64,000 bases of DNA, taken from NCBI RefSeq assembly GCF_004010195.1, contig NC_057724.1, forward strand, positions 25,367,788 to 25,431,787, written 5' to 3'. The translations under genes were made by a program, and so were the position numbers. This document shows, piece after piece, positions 12,369 to 25,738 of the stretch; position 1 is the first letter of the stretch; every line of letters begins with the position of its first letter. Below the pieces are notes generated by a model. It had not been told where the DNA came from and searched no databases. It saw only the letters and a list, made by a program, of their open reading frames with translations. The stretch is from Chiloscyllium plagiosum (Eukaryota).

Positions 12369-13804
12369 TCCAATCTGATTAGTTTGTCAAATATTTTGTT
12401 GCTTGTGATAGAAACTGTTGTAAGCTTTAACCCCATGTTAACAACTTTCTCATTTGATATGTTTGAGATGTTTATAGTATCCTCCACCTTGAAGATCGAT
12501 GTAAAATATTGGTTTAAATTATCTACCATTTCCCTTTCCCTGTTATTAATTAACAAGTCATATTCTCCAATGGCCCAAATGTACGTTAGCTACTGTTTCT
12601 TTTTATATTCCCATAGAAGCTGTTTGTTTGAACATGTTGCTGGTCAACTTACTTTTATTAACAGGTTTGGCTTTTTCTATTTGCCTTTTACTCACCCACT
12701 GGCTCTGAAAGTATTCTAAGTCCTCTGGTCTGCCAGTAGTTTTAGCCCCTTTATATGCCTTAGTTTTTGATTGGATACTATCTTTGACTAAGGATCCTTA
12801 ATCCCTGAGCCTCTAATTAATTATACCTCATTACACATTATGAAATATAAACTATTCTGTTCCTGTGTAGATTGTGCAATGCATTGCTTTAAGAAACAGC
12901 CTTTGATGCATTCTACAAATTTGTCTTCCATGTAACCCTTTCCAATCATTTCTCCAGCCAATATGCAGATTAAATTCACCCATGACAATTATATTTCCTT
13001 TCTTACATACTTCCATTATTTACAGATATATACTTTACCCTGCATTGAGGCATCTCTTCAGGGGTCAGGCAACTCATACATGTCTTTTTTCCCTTCCTCT
13101 TCCTTACTTTCACCCAAACAGATATTGCATCTGTATCATTATTCACCAGTACACTGATAACTTATTAAAAATGCTACTCCACCTGCTTTTCTTCTTTGCC
13201 TCTTTTCTGGAATAAAAAATAATTTTGAACATTGAGTTCCTAGTTTTCATCAGCCGACAATCACATCTGCATAATAGATACCAAGTTATATTCATTTGGT
13301 TCTACTGCTGCCATTAACTCTTCTATCTTAATACAAAAATAGTGTTCTTTCAAATAAAAGCCTTAAGCTTTTCCTTTTTACTGTTCATACATATTTTGGT
13401 TCCAAATTCTGTTGCAATTTTCCACTTATATTTTCTCACACTTCTTTTCACACTTTGATTGTTGTTCACCTATTCACTATCCTGCACTTCTGCTTTCTCA
13501 TGTCTTTATATTTTTCAAATTTCCTGTCAATTGAATGCTCCCTTACAGGTATTTACTTTAAAGTCCTAACTATAAATCTAGTTACAAATAAGATTTGTTA
13601 TAAGCAGCTTGCTTGTGACTTGCCATGTTTCATATTCTTTCATTCAAAGTGTGCTGGCTGCACCTTCCTGCTCAGGAGGATTACTCCATATGGGGCATTG
13701 AGATGGAAGTCAGGCAGCAGCGGGGGATTGAAGAGGTTTTAATGGAATGGTAAGTGAGGTCCTTTCCCAGAGCACAGGAAAATGTCATCATTCAAAGATC
13801 AGAC

Positions 13805-13968
13805 ATCCAGGTTTCTTTCCACAGTCCAAAGACATGCAGGTTAGGTGGATTGGCCATACTAAATTGTGAGGGATTGGGTCTGGGTGAAATGCTCTTGAGA
13901 GGATCGGTGCAGACTTGATGGGCTGAATGGCTTACTTCCACACAGTAGGAATTCTATGATTCTATGAA
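13805..13968 (+). mobile_element. HE1 SINE 3' fragment
   Basis: CCACAGTCCAAAGACATGCAGGTTAGGTGGATTGGCCAT and (ATTCTATG)n tail. Confidence 0.8.
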
Positions 13969-14796
13969 TGCTTGTACTGGATGGTGTCAACTTCAGTGAG
14001 TGGGATTAGAACTGCATTCATCCAGGAAACTGGGGAGGATTATATCAGAAACTCAATTTCCTTCTCCCTTATCTTCAATGCACCTGATTATCCCCCAACC
14101 TCATCCTGCTGCCAAACCTGACATCTACCTTTCCTATCCCCTGCTGGATCGGATTTCTCCTTTCCACCCCAAACAGCCATAATTTCTTACCTGGCCCTCT
14201 TGTCACCTGAAATCCTAATGCCTGATCCAGTTGGCATGCTGCCTCCTTGCCACAGTTACCCAGTTGGTGCCCTATTTGCCTGGCATTCTACCAACCTATC
14301 AAGCCAACATCGACTTACCTTGTAGATATTTTCTAATCAACATGTTCAGAGATGTTATTACACACCCCTGCAGCAACTGGGACTTGAACCAGGGCTTCCT
14401 GGCTGAGATGTAAGACATTACGATGAGCCCCACTGATCTTGGACATTTACCCTTCTGACAGCAATGGCAAGAATGGCAGAGCCACGTTGTTAGTATTATC
14501 ACCTTTAATTAACAAAGTTGCTCCACATACATTCCTTTTTTCTATATCAAGAGCATCAAACTCTCTTTAAAATTCAATTTGCAACCTTGGTGACATTGCA
14601 ACAATGTCTCCACTATTTGTCAAGTCATATACCCATTGTTTCTATAATTTATCCATTCATCAATGAAATAAAGGCACTCTAAAGTTTTCTGACTTGCTTG
14701 TATTTTGTTAGATAATTAGATATTTATTTAACGGACTTTAATGAAGAATCATAGTGAAAGCTAGTACGTACGTGCTGAGTCTATGGTGAGTAGTAT

Positions 14797-16056
14797 TGTT
14801 TTGAACTAGACCAAACCCCCTCAAAATATATAAAGATGATATCTAGATCCTAGCCTTCTTATTATTTTAAAACAAAGTGTAAAGCCTTGTGCTCCGGAAT
14901 TCAATTGGTCAAACTACCAGGCTTGAAACAAAACACAGAGAAAGTGAGGACTGGAGATACTAGTGATCAGAGTCAAAAAGTGTGGTGCTGGAAAAGCACA
15001 GCAGGTCAGGCAACATCCGAGGAGCAGGAGAATCGATGTTTCGAGCATTAGTTCTTCATCAGGAATGTGGGGGAGGATGAAGGGAGCTGGGCGATAAATG
15101 GGAGGGAGTGGGCTGGCGGGAAGGTAGCTGGGAATGTGATAGGTAGATGGGGGGGGGTGATGGTGAGAGGCCAGAGTCGACGGTGGAGAGGATAGAGGAG
15201 ATGAGGAAACTAGTGAAACTGGTGAAATCAACGTTGGGTGATTTCACCAATTTCCTCATCTCCCCTCCCCCACCTTATCTCAGACCCAACTCTCTAACTC
15301 AGCATTGCCCTCTTGATCTGTCCTACCTGTCCATTTTCTTTCCCACCTATCTGCTCCAGCCTATTACCTTCATCTACCTATCACCTTCTAAGCTACCTTC
15401 CTCCCAGCCTCGCTCCCCCTCCCATTTATCTCTCAGCTGCTTGGGCCACCCCCTCCTTCCTGATGAAGGCCTTATGTTCGAAACATTGACTCTCCTGCTC
15501 CTTGGATGCTGCTTAACTGGCTGTGCTTTTCTGGTACAACACTTTTTGACTTGAAACAAAACACATATTATTCATACACTATAATTAAAATGCAGGTAAA
15601 GGAAAAGAAATTGCTTAGTTGTACTCCATTAAAATGCTTAAAATCATATATATGTATTAACTACCAATTAATTATTTCAATACAGTAACATCCCATGATA
15701 ACACCATTGACAAAGGCAAATTCTGCAAAATGGATTGTCTTATGCACAATTCTAGCAGCAGGAAGGGAACCTCAGCTTTTAGCTGTAATAGAGAGAAGAA
15801 TAAGAGCTTCCATATCCAGCTTCAAGACCGCAGCAACTGCTACCAAAGGCTAAAACTAAAAGCAATCCTGGTTCTGTCAGAGGTTGACCCCATCCATTCT
15901 GGCTGCTTCTATGGTTCCAACTTTGTTAAAGAAGATTCCAAACTTCACTAGCTGTTTCCTTTATTAGCTTTCGAGCAGACTGCTCAATACCAATGTCTCA
16001 AACTTTCTTCATTTAAAATGAAAAGGACAAATGACACCTCTTCAAACCACAGTATA
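14797..16056. repeat. Probable solo-LTR-like interspersed repeat, split by the PLE insertion at 14938
   Basis: Starts TG; sequence is continuous across the 16-bp TSD; called on general resemblance only. Confidence 0.35.
14938..15549. mobile_element. Fold-back Penelope-like insertion (family A) with 16-bp TSD
   Basis: Inverted pLTR arms meeting near 15235 in the DFTxFLIS end of the PLE ORF; TSD CTTGAAACAAAACACA at 14922-14937 and 15550-15565; decayed hammerhead cores in both arms. Confidence 0.85.
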
Positions 16057-16893
16057 AACTGTTGTACAATGGAACAGCTTTAGCCTGCATGGGCCAATAA
16101 TAAAACTAAATTAAGGATAAAGCTGCTTTCAGCAAATGTAACACAAGACATAATCAACTTAATTACCATATGGGGAGCTGTTTGAAAGAGGGCTAGTAGT
16201 TTTTGTTAAGCTGTCTTCTGTGTATATCACAACTGCTTTGCCCTTTCTAAATCAACCTTATGCCCTGCATTCTATGTATTAGAGTAAGTTAGCTATTTTT
16301 GCAGCATATACCTATGGTTAAATATGCATAATCTACTCAATATTTCCATTTATGTATCATAAATTGAATGGTAAAGCTGCCAAATCAAAGTAAACTCTAG
16401 AATTTGTTGTGTAATCTAAATTGAATGCATGTTTGAATAAAATGAGCATACCAATTCATTGCTTTGTAACCACTTATGTTCAGATTCAATTGGCCTAAAC
16501 AATCCAATTGTTATATTATGCTCTCTGCCATTTTGAGAGATGGATTGCCTGAGTTTGTATGTGTTTTAACTTTGTTTTATATTAAAATTTAATGAAGGAG
16601 AAGTTGAATGCTGCCTATATTGCTTCCCTCAGGGAGTGCCTGGCAATATCTGTCATGACAACTATAATGTCTTGTAACTGCACACTAATGTGCCAAGAAC
16701 TTCCTATCAAAGCAAGAAGACTGGGAATTGAAGATGGTGCTTCTGCTGAAGTGGTGTCCCTGGTATTGAAGAGTTGTCAGATAATTTGTATACTACATTG
16801 GAAAAGCCTGAAAATGTAGCTGTATAGATATAAGCGTTCACTAAAAAATGGAAAGTTTTGGTGTCTTTGAAGGTTCATGAGATAAAATAATTG

Positions 16894-17215
16894 AACATAG
16901 AACATAGAACATAGAAGAATACAGCGCAGTACAGGCCCTTTGGCCCTCGATGTTGCGCCGATCCAAGCCCACCTAACCTATACTAACCCACTATCCTCCA
17001 TATACCTATCCAATGCCCTCTTAAATGCCCATAAAGAGGGAGAGTCCACCACTGCTACTGGCAGGGCATTCCATGAACTTACGACTCGCTGAGTGAAGAA
17101 CCTACCCCTAACTTCAGTCCTATATCTAACCCCCCTTAATTTAAAGCTATGCCCCCTCGTAATAGCTGACTCCATACGTGGTAAAGGAGACCAAAACTGC
17201 ACACAGCACTCCAGT
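16894..17215 (-). mobile_element. Young CR1/HER1 LINE 3' end
   Basis: TRGHSFKLRGVRYRTEVRGRFFTQRVVSSWNALP; (AACATAG)n tail. Confidence 0.9.
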
Positions 17216-17287
17216 GCGTAACTCAAGGGCAGTTAGGGATGAGCCTGACCTGGCCATGAAAGAAAAAAGAAAAACATTACCAGCACA

Positions 17288-17414
17288 GATCATAGAATCC
17301 CTTCAGTGTGGAAGTAGGCTATTTGGCCCATTGAGTCCATGCCAATCCTCACAAAGACTATCCCATCCAGACCCACTCTGTTACCCTGTCCCTGTAACAC
17401 TGCATTTCCCATGG
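17288..17414 (-). mobile_element. HE1 SINE 3' part, cut by the gap
   Basis: CATAGAATCCC...CAGTGTGGAAG tail in reverse complement. Confidence 0.7.
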
Positions 17415-17519
17415 NNNNNNNNNNNNNNNNNNNNNNNNNNNNNNNNNNNNNNNNNNNNNNNNNNNNNNNNNNNNNNNNNNNNNNNNNNNNNNNNNNNNNN
17501 NNNNNNNNNNNNNNNNNNN
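17415..17519. other. Assembly gap (105 N)
   Basis: Run of N. Confidence 1.
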
Positions 17520-17885
17520 TCATCCGCAAACTTGCTTACCCAACCTTCTAACCCCTCTTCCAGGTCATTTATAAAAATGACAAACAGCAATGGTCGCAAA
17601 ACAGATCCTTGCGGAACACCGCTAGTGACGGCACTCCATGAAGACACTTTGCCATCAACTACTACCCTCTGTCTTCTTCCATCCAGCCAATTCCTAATCC
17701 AAACCTCCAACTCACCCTCAATGCCATATCTCCGTATTTTCTGCAGTAGCCTACCATGGGGAACCTTATCAAACGCCTTACTAAAATCCATATATACCAC
17801 ATCTACCGCTTTCCCCTCATCAACCTCCTTCGTCACCTTTTCAAAGAATTCAATAAGGTTTGTGAGGCACGACCTGCCCTTCACA
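17520..17885 (-). mobile_element. CR1 reverse transcriptase fragment, open frame
   Basis: [14 protein letters not shown]...[13 protein letters not shown]...SGVPQGSVL...SKFAD. Confidence 0.95.
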
Positions 17886-20074
17886 ATTGAGTACAATATA
17901 TAAAGAGCAACAGTGTTAAGTAATGCCTCTGTCGAATAATCTCTAGTATAAAAGTTCAACAACTGCTAATGTAAAAGTAGGCATACTTTTGTGTGGGAAA
18001 TGTTAAGTAACAAATGTGACCGGTTAACAAACCATTCTGATGATAAACTACCCTCATATAATGCAGACAGCGAGACCATTTGCATGTTATCTTGGGAGAA
18101 TGGACTGGAAAGGTGAGAAAAAGCTGTTCATACATCAGTACTTAAACTATGATCTTTCTCAGCATGCATCTAAGTGAGTGAATGTGAAATATCTGTCGGA
18201 CTCATTGAGGGTATTTAAGGACATCATTGTTCATTGGTAAGTTCAAACTATTAATTTCATGGAAAGCTGTCAACTATTAGAACAAAATATAATGTAAGTG
18301 CCTCAGATTGAGGTGATAGAATAATGTTTTTTAAGCACATAGCAAATCTATTACTCTTTGTTTATATCCAATCAAATTTTATCCCCCAGGCTGAAATTTA
18401 ATTTTGAAAAATAATAGATCGGATTAAATAATTAGCAAATTTACATTTGCCTTTCACAAGCCCCTGCTATTCATTTTTAGGGTTAATTCAAACAAACAAC
18501 TCCACTAAATTACCTTGGCCTAATGACTAGGATTAGTAATTAAAATGAGAAAATGACTGCAGATGCTTTTCAGAAACCAGCTCTTAGCTTTCTCCACAGG
18601 GAGTCACCAGGTTGATATATACTGAAGACCAAAGGGATTTGCCTGGTTTGAGATGAAATAAAGTTCTCTGTGATTAAGACTCTGGTTAATTCTATCCTAT
18701 AACAACAGATGGCAGACAAATGTCTCCATTAGGAAAGATGAGGAGAAAATGGAAAGGCAAGCATTGGTGTGAGCAGCCAGGTTTCAACTGTGTTTGAAGG
18801 CAGTATTGGCTTCAACCCATGATTTTAAAAGAAGAAGGTAGTAATGTAAAGCCAGTGGCTGTGTATCACATTACATGATCTAGTTTTTGACAAACATTAA
18901 TTAAAAGCAAAAGGAAATTAGAAAATCTTCATATTTCACTGGAAAATCTAAAACTGATCAATTCATTTATTTAGTCAAAGGTATTGATTGTAAGCTAGGC
19001 AGATTTAGCAGACTTGCAGTGAGCATAGAGCTAGAAGTGACAGTGACAATAATGATATGTGTTTTGGTGAAGTTGCTGAAAGGAGACCACTAACCTGTAT
19101 TACAATGCAATACAACTACAAACTGGACAGAAGCAAAAAGATTTGTTGTCTTTATTGAATAATATAATTGAATTACAGCATTTGCTTGAATCATTAAACA
19201 GGTGGATTCTCTTTAACAACACAGAGTAAAACACCTCTAATAATGTAACATGCCATCACAATTACAGCAGAGACGACATGGAGTACAAAAGCAGATATTC
19301 TGTTATATTGATCCTAGTGAATCAGGGGTTCAATGTTTCTGGGGTATAGAAGTGGGCAGAAGATCAACATCCCTACACAGAATTTTAAAAAGACCTTGTA
19401 TGAATTTTTTAACAGTACAGTAAGTAACTTTTTAAAAAGATAATTTCCAAATGTTGCTTACATCTTTAAAAAAATGCTACTTTTGCAACAGTGCACCCAT
19501 ATTTTGTAGCTGAAACCTTTTACCAGCACAGCCAGACACTTTGGCAACTAGTATGAAAGGATAAGTAGCTAAATGTAACGATAAGGTGAAGGGGGTGAGG
19601 GTGGGGGTAAGGATGACAATGTGGGTGAGGAATTGGATGTCATTAAGGTGAGTTGGGTAGGGTGCCAGTAAGTAGATGAGTGCGTATGGTATGTCAGAAC
19701 ATCAGATTATAGTGGATAGAACAGGGAATGTCATATAAGGGTGTGGAGAGGGCAATGGCAGTTGCTAGTGTTAGATACAAGGAGGGAGAATTGGTCTTGT
19801 GCTCATCATGTGGAAGTGTCAGGTTGGTTGAGGTTGGGCCATCTAGAAGGGTTCTATGTGGGGGCTATTGGGAAGGGAGTTATTTGGAGGATCAGTAGTG
19901 ATTCGAGGGTTCAGTTAATAGTTACTCAGGAGTTCGAGCAGGCTTTCAATCCTCTAAAGTTTTCCGGATAAATGATCATTTTAAGCAAGTCTGAATCCAC
20001 TGAAATATTTTTCTCAGGGGAAGCTTTATCAACAATTAAAGATGCAAGGTAATCACCCACTAGAAATTTAATTT

Positions 20075-20240
20075 AAAACCTGAAAGATCTGCAGATACTG
20101 TAAATCAGAAACAAAAATAGAAATTGCTGGAAAAGCTCAGCAGGTCTGGCAGCATCTATGAAGAGAAATCAGATTGACATTTTGATTTGAGTGACCCTTC
20201 CTCAGAACTGAGGACAGGTCACTTGACCTGAAACATTGAA
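20075..20240. mobile_element. PLE-type short element (family C)
   Basis: TGCTGGAAAAGCTCAGCAGGTCTGGCAGCATC...GACCCTTCCTCAGAACTGAGG...GAAACATT fold-back centre. Confidence 0.7.
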
Positions 20241-21024
20241 GAGCACAACTAAGTTTGCAAGAAATGGTTTGATTTAAAGAAACTATGCTGACTGTCATTC
20301 ATTAGCCTATTCCTTTTCCAAGTGAAAGTTTATTTTTATCTTGAGAACTGGCTTCTAATAACTTTCTCACTGTCAATGTTAATCTGTAATTGCTTTGACT
20401 ATATCTTCTGCCTGTTAAATAGCATTTTAGAAAGTTAACAACCTCCAATCCTCATGTTACTCATGTATCTAATGATTAAAAACTGTGACCAATGCCATTG
20501 TAATACCTATTTTTGCTTCTTTCAGATACTTAGGATTCACTCCATCTTGACAGGATGACATCTCAACTTTCAGAAATGACAATTCCACAAATCTTCCTTA
20601 CTGATTGTTATCCTACACATAATTTCATTTTCCTCTTCGGGTAACTTTTACGTCATGCATTGGTGATGAAATCTTATGAAGATAAGTGTAATCAACTCAT
20701 TTAATACTTTAAATATGATACCTACTTTGACAGAATTATTTCCCTTGGGTCATTTTTTATAAGATACATTTTGGATTCAATTTAATATACTTCCCAATCT
20801 TTTCTTATAAACTGACTTTGACTCCTGCATGAATTTTTCAATTTGTTCCTCTATATTCCTGGTTCTTAACTGAATTTAACCTGTGACATTTGTCAGAAAA
20901 TGGGACCAGATATATTAATGGGGAGATAGTTGGTTCCGAACATACACTGAAATTGTGCATTGGGACCACACAAAATCTTGATGCTGTTGACTCTGAGGGA
21001 TTTGTCCGGGAAATTAAAATTCAC

Positions 21025-21207
21025 AACAGGTCTCGCAGCATCTGTGGAAAGAAATCAGAGTTCATGTTTTGGGACTGAGGAAGGGTCACTTTACCAGAAA
21101 TGTTAACTCTGATTTCTCTTCATGGGTGTTGCCAGACCTGCTGAGCATTTCCAGCAATTTCCGTTTTGGTTTCTGATTTACAGTATCCACAGTTTTTTTG
21201 GTTTTTA
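21025..21207. mobile_element. PLE-type short element (family C)
   Basis: Short inverted arm, then CTGAGGA-AGGGTCAC...GAAATGTTAACTCTG hammerhead-like core. Confidence 0.7.
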
Positions 21208-22049
21208 AGTTTAGAATTTTGGTCGGTGATTACCATACATCTTCAACCCTTGATAAAGATCCCCCCCAAGAAAAATATTTCAGTGGGTTCAGACTTGTTT
21301 AAAAATATCGGTTATCCAGGAAACTTTAGAAGATTAAAAGCCTGTTTGAACTCCTGAGTAACTATTAACTGAGCCCTTGAAGTATGATATTTCATGATGT
21401 CAGTTATTGCACGATTATTTAGAATGACTGGAAAGTAGTAGAATCCAGAAAATGATTGTCCAAATCATGCTGCATTTGGAGTAGTTTCAGGAAGTTCCAT
21501 GGATTCTAACAATGATACTTAAGGAGTTTCAAAAGAGTTAGACCTGGTAGCAATGGAAGGGGAAAAGAAACAAGATCAGCAGTGGGTATTAAACATTGTA
21601 CAGGTGGTAAAGAGCACAGCTGAGAGAGCTGGGAAGAGTGAGCCCAACAGCAAAGATAAAAACAGCACAGAGCCAGTGCCACGAGGAACCAAATTGTGGT
21701 GTGACATCACTGAGAAGCAAATAGGTGACTAGTGAGTGAGAAACAACACAGAGAATAATAATCCATAATTTAAAACAACTGGGGAAGAGGGGAGACCCAG
21801 AGCTTGGGTTGTGATATCAAGAATCAAAAGTGCTAAGTGTAGTTAATGCTGGGGAAGGCTCTGATTGGATCTTTGCAAAGCATGCAGCCTGCTGCTTTGA
21901 CAGCAATGAGTCTTTGCTGATCTTACAGGTACTAATTGATATGAAGCAGCCTCTTTTCTTTGATGCTCACTTATGAACAAGCAGGACTGCATGCTTCTAG
22001 GATGGGGTGGGGGGGGGGGGGGGGGAGGGTGGACGGAGTGGGATTAGAG

Positions 22050-22480
22050 ACAATGGCATGTGTGTGTTACTATCAGTCTTCTGTGGTGGGTCGACCATGT
22101 TGTGTGCATGCCTGTTACAAGAGCTTCAAAAAAGGATCTCTACTGCAAGCTTCTTCGGAGAAAGCAGTCACTCAGAAGACAGAGAAAATGCTTCAAAGAC
22201 ATCCTCCTAGCCTCCCTAAAGAAATGCAACATCCCTGCTAATGCATAAGAGCCTGGTGCTTTATGTCACCCAAACTGGAGAGGAGACATGCATTAAAAGG
22301 GGCAATACATTTTGAACATCTCTGACTGATTCATATGGAGGCCAAGTGCAAATAGCAGTAGGAGCGTGTGAAAACCTGAGCATCCCACGTGTATGGAGTG
22401 GGATGCTCTCGGTGCATGGATCGAAACTATGTTCAATCACCTCACACTCATAACTCTCAAGTGGGTGAAAGTCATCCTCA
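22050..22480 (+). mobile_element. RTE-clade LINE, ORF C-terminus and 3' end
   Basis: LWWVDHVVCMPVTRASKKDLYCKL...RQRKCFKDILLASLKKCNIP matches LRWAGHVxRMxxxRLPKxxLYxEL...GQRKRFKDTLK. Confidence 0.85.
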
Positions 22481-22559
22481 ATGTCAAATAAGAGCCAACA
22501 TACACACAGCAAAATATGCCGACAATAGTTGGGAAAACAAAACAGGCAAACCGAAGTAT

Positions 22560-22925
22560 CAAATGCTGCAACAGAAAAGCTTTGTGGTCAAGAAAAGAAA
22601 GAGAAAATGCTACAAGACTCATCAGAATGTCAGAGGGCACCACAGGCACAGTAAGGAGCTGGCAAACAGATCTGGGGATCAGACAGCCATGAACACTGAC
22701 CTGGAGCAGAAGGCACTGGATCAGTCACCGTCAAATGCAGGAAATCCCAGCAACCTGCTGAAAACCATGACATGTGTGGACTCTTCAGAGCAGTTAATCC
22801 CATTTCTGATCCAAGCATGACAAAGACCTACTCCACTGAGAACTAAGAAAGGAATGGTGTTCAATAATAACAGGGAAGCAGTCAGCACTTGTTGGAAGCA
22901 TTGCTTTGAGGAGCTTTTCAATTTA
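22560..22925 (+). mobile_element. RTE-clade LINE, EN-RT linker fragment
   Basis: QRPTPLRTKKGMVFNNNREAVSTCWKHCFEELFN resembles PLRxxxGxxLIxDxxxIxxRWxEHFxxLLN. Confidence 0.65.
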
Positions 22926-22944
22926 AGCTTGGTGTTGGTGTGTG

Positions 22945-23828
22945 CTGAGAGTAGGATGCTTAGAGGCTGCAGTGTGACTTAGACAGACTGGCTGAGTAGG
23001 CAAATGCTTGGCAAATGCAATATAATGTGGATAAATGTGAGGTTAGCCACTTTGGTGGCAAAAACAGGAAGGCAGATTATTATCTGAATGGTGGCGGTTT
23101 AGGAAAAGGTGAGGTGCAATGAGACCTGGATGTCATGATGGAACAGTCGCTTGGCATGTAGGTGCAGCAGGTGGTAAGGAAAGCTAATGGCGTGCTGGCC
23201 TTTAAAGTGAGAGGATTTGAGTATCGGAGTAGGGATGTTTTGCTGCAGTTATACAGAGCCTTGGTGAGGCCACACCTTGAGTATTGTTTGCAGTTTTGGT
23301 CTCCTCGTCTGAGGAAGGACATTCTTGCTCTTGAGGGAGTCCAACAAAAGTTCACCAGACTGATTCCTGGGATGGCAGGACTGACTTATGTGGAAAGACT
23401 GGATCGACTGGGCTTGTACTTGCTGGAATTTAGAAGAATGAGAGGGGATCACATAGAAACATATAAAATCCTGAGGGGACTGGACAGGTTAGATGCGGGA
23501 AGAATGTTCATGATGTTGGGGAAGTTCAGAACTGCGAATCACAGTCTAAGAATAAGGGGTAAGCCATTAGGCATGAGATGAGGAAGAATCTCTTTACTCA
23601 GAGTTGTGAACCTGTGGAATTCTCTCCCACAGGAAGCTGTTGGTGCCAGATATATTCAAGAGGGAGCTGGATGTGGGTCTTGCAGTTAAGGGGATCAAGG
23701 GGAATAGAGAGAGGGTGGGAATGGGATACTGAGATTGCATGATCAGCCATGATCATACTGAATGGTGGTGCGGCATGAAGGACTGAATGGCCTACTCCTG
23801 CACTTATTTTCCATGTTACTATGTTTCT
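22945..23828 (+). mobile_element. CR1 LINE 3' portion
   Basis: QQVVRKANGVLAF...LYRALVRPHLEYCLQFWSP...; CR1 3' UTR GAATGGCCTACTCCTGC. Confidence 0.95.
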
Positions 23829-24846
23829 AGAATCAGTCCTTGCTCTGCGTTCCTTTGACCACATCCCACAGCAAGCTACCTGCAATCTTAAAGGGGCAAC
23901 TCCAGAGCTCAGGTAAGATTCAGAAGATCAGCTGCCACTACCTAAGACATTCCAGGTATTAGCAGGAGCACTAGTTATGGGAATGAGAGATATGACAGAG
24001 AAGATTTACAAGGTCAAGAATAGCCAATAGTTGAGACCAAAACATCAAGTGGATCGGACCAGTGACTAATGTAGGTGAAACACAGTGAACATGTTAGTGA
24101 GACAGGGCATTGATCAAATATGTTGTCAAATGAAAAAGATATTACAGGGCATATAATTTCAGTGTGCAATGGAATTTTAATAATAGTGTGTGAAATTTAA
24201 TAGAAGAAAGCAGGCAGCAAGGGAAAACATGGACTTATTCATAACAATCTTTACAGGCTTGCTGGGAATTTGTGTATGAGAGGCTGATGATAAAATTAAT
24301 TTGTGATCAGATCATAGTCAGTGTTTGAGATGAGGTCTTGTCAGAGTTTGTTTATAAACGGGAGTAGAATTGACATTAGAGCAAGCAGTTCAGATCACTA
24401 GGTAAACTGGACTTCAAAGGTAGAGAGGGTCATTTAGTTTTCGGACAATACATTTTTACCCCTCAAACAAAGAGTGAAATGGTTGAGTTTTTACGCCTCA
24501 AGGAGGAAAGTGCATGACAATATACCCTGTCAATATGGCTGAAAGTGCACGAGCCACTTTTGTACAAATGATGAAAGGTCTAAGAGGGTTAACACTAAAG
24601 AGTTACTTTAAGTTGCACCAATAATGATTGATGGGAGAATAATTAAATATCTCCAAGGAGTAAGACCTACCATCTGGCCTTCCTCAACGTTTCTGTAACA
24701 AAATCTATCATATTAACATACTTATACATAGTTGTCATCATGGAATAAGCTATATCCTGTTTCAAATCGACAAAACTAGGAAGGAGTTTAGATCAGAGTG
24801 GTGCTGGAAAAGCACAGCAGGTAAGGCAGCATCCGAGGAGCAGGAA

Positions 24847-24882
24847 GATCGACGTTTCGGGCAAAAGCCCTTCATCAGGAAT
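24847..24882 (-). ncRNA. Minimal hammerhead ribozyme motif in pLTR
   Basis: Minus strand TTC-CTGATGA-A-GGGC-TTTT-GCCC-GAAA-CG-TC-GAT. Confidence 0.7.
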
Positions 24883-25112
24883 AGAGGCAGGAAGACTTCA
24901 GGGTGGAGAGATAAATAGGAGGTGGGGCTGGGGAGAAGGTAGCAAAGAGTACAATACGTGAATGGGGGTGGAGATGGAGGTGATAGGTCAGAGAGGACGG
25001 TGGGGGAAGGTAGCAAAGAGTACAATGGGTGAATGGGAGTGGGGCTGGAGGTGATAGGTCAGAGGGGATGGTGGAGCAGATAGGTGAGAGGGAGATTGGC
25101 AGGTAGGACAGG

Positions 25113-25584
25113 TCATGACAACAGTGCTGAGCTGGAAGGCTGGAACTGAGGTAAGGTGGGGGGAGGGGAAATGAGGAAACTGGTGAAGTCCACATTGAAA
25201 CCCTGAGGTTGAAGTGTTCCGAGATGGAAGATGAGGCATTCTTCCTTCAGGCGTCGGGTGGTGAGGGAGCGACGGTGGAGGAGGCCCAGGACCTGCATGT
25301 CCTCGGCAGAGTGGGAGGGGGAGTTGAAATGTTGGGCCACGGGGCGGTGGAGTTGATTGGTGAGGGTGTCCCGGATATTTCCCTGAAGCGCTCTGCGAGG
25401 AGATATCCAGTCTCCCCAATGTACAGGAGACCGCATCGGAAGCAACAGATACAATAAATGACATTGGTGGATGTGCAGGTGAAACTTGGATGGATGTGGA
25501 AGGCACCTTTAGGGCCTTTGATGGTGGTGAGAGAGGAGGTGTGGGCGCAGGTTTTGCAATTCCTGCAGTGGCAGGGGAGGGTGA
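25113..25584 (-). pseudogene. PLE GIY-YIG endonuclease domain (one frameshift)
   Basis: PCHCRNCKTCAH...FTCTSTNVIYCICCFRCGLLYIGET...LAERFRE/...PVAQHFNSPSH...RRLKEECLIFHLGTLQPQGFN. Confidence 0.9.
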
Positions 25585-25703
25585 CCCTCTCTGACCTATC
25601 ACCTCCAACCCCACCCCCATTCACCTATTGTACTCTTTGCTACCTTCTCCCAGCCCCAACCCCCCCCCATTCATCTCTCCACCCTGGAGGCTTCCTGCCT
25701 CTA

Positions 25704-25738
25704 TTCCTGATGAAGGGCTTTTGCCCGAAACGTCGATT
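25704..25738 (+). ncRNA. Minimal hammerhead ribozyme motif in inverted pLTR
   Basis: ATTC-CTGATGA-A-GGGC-TTTT-GCCC-GAAA-CG-TC-GATT. Confidence 0.7.

Larger units (their letters stand above)
10690..13300 (-). mobile_element. Old CR1 LINE, heavily decayed, with nested insertions
   Basis: Minus-strand remnants such as NNREREMVDNLNQYFTSIFKVED and decayed RT motifs; interrupted at about 11640-11727 and at 12149-12368. Confidence 0.75.
19902..21381. repeat. Inverted duplication with ~300-bp arms (19902-20205 and 21074-21381)
   Basis: The arms align continuously through flank and family C PLE pLTR, roughly 80% identical by eye. Confidence 0.85.

Noticed and set aside
24988-25620. 210-aa proline-rich ORF
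   Set aside because: Off-frame reading of the PLE; only part of it overlaps the true GIY-YIG frames
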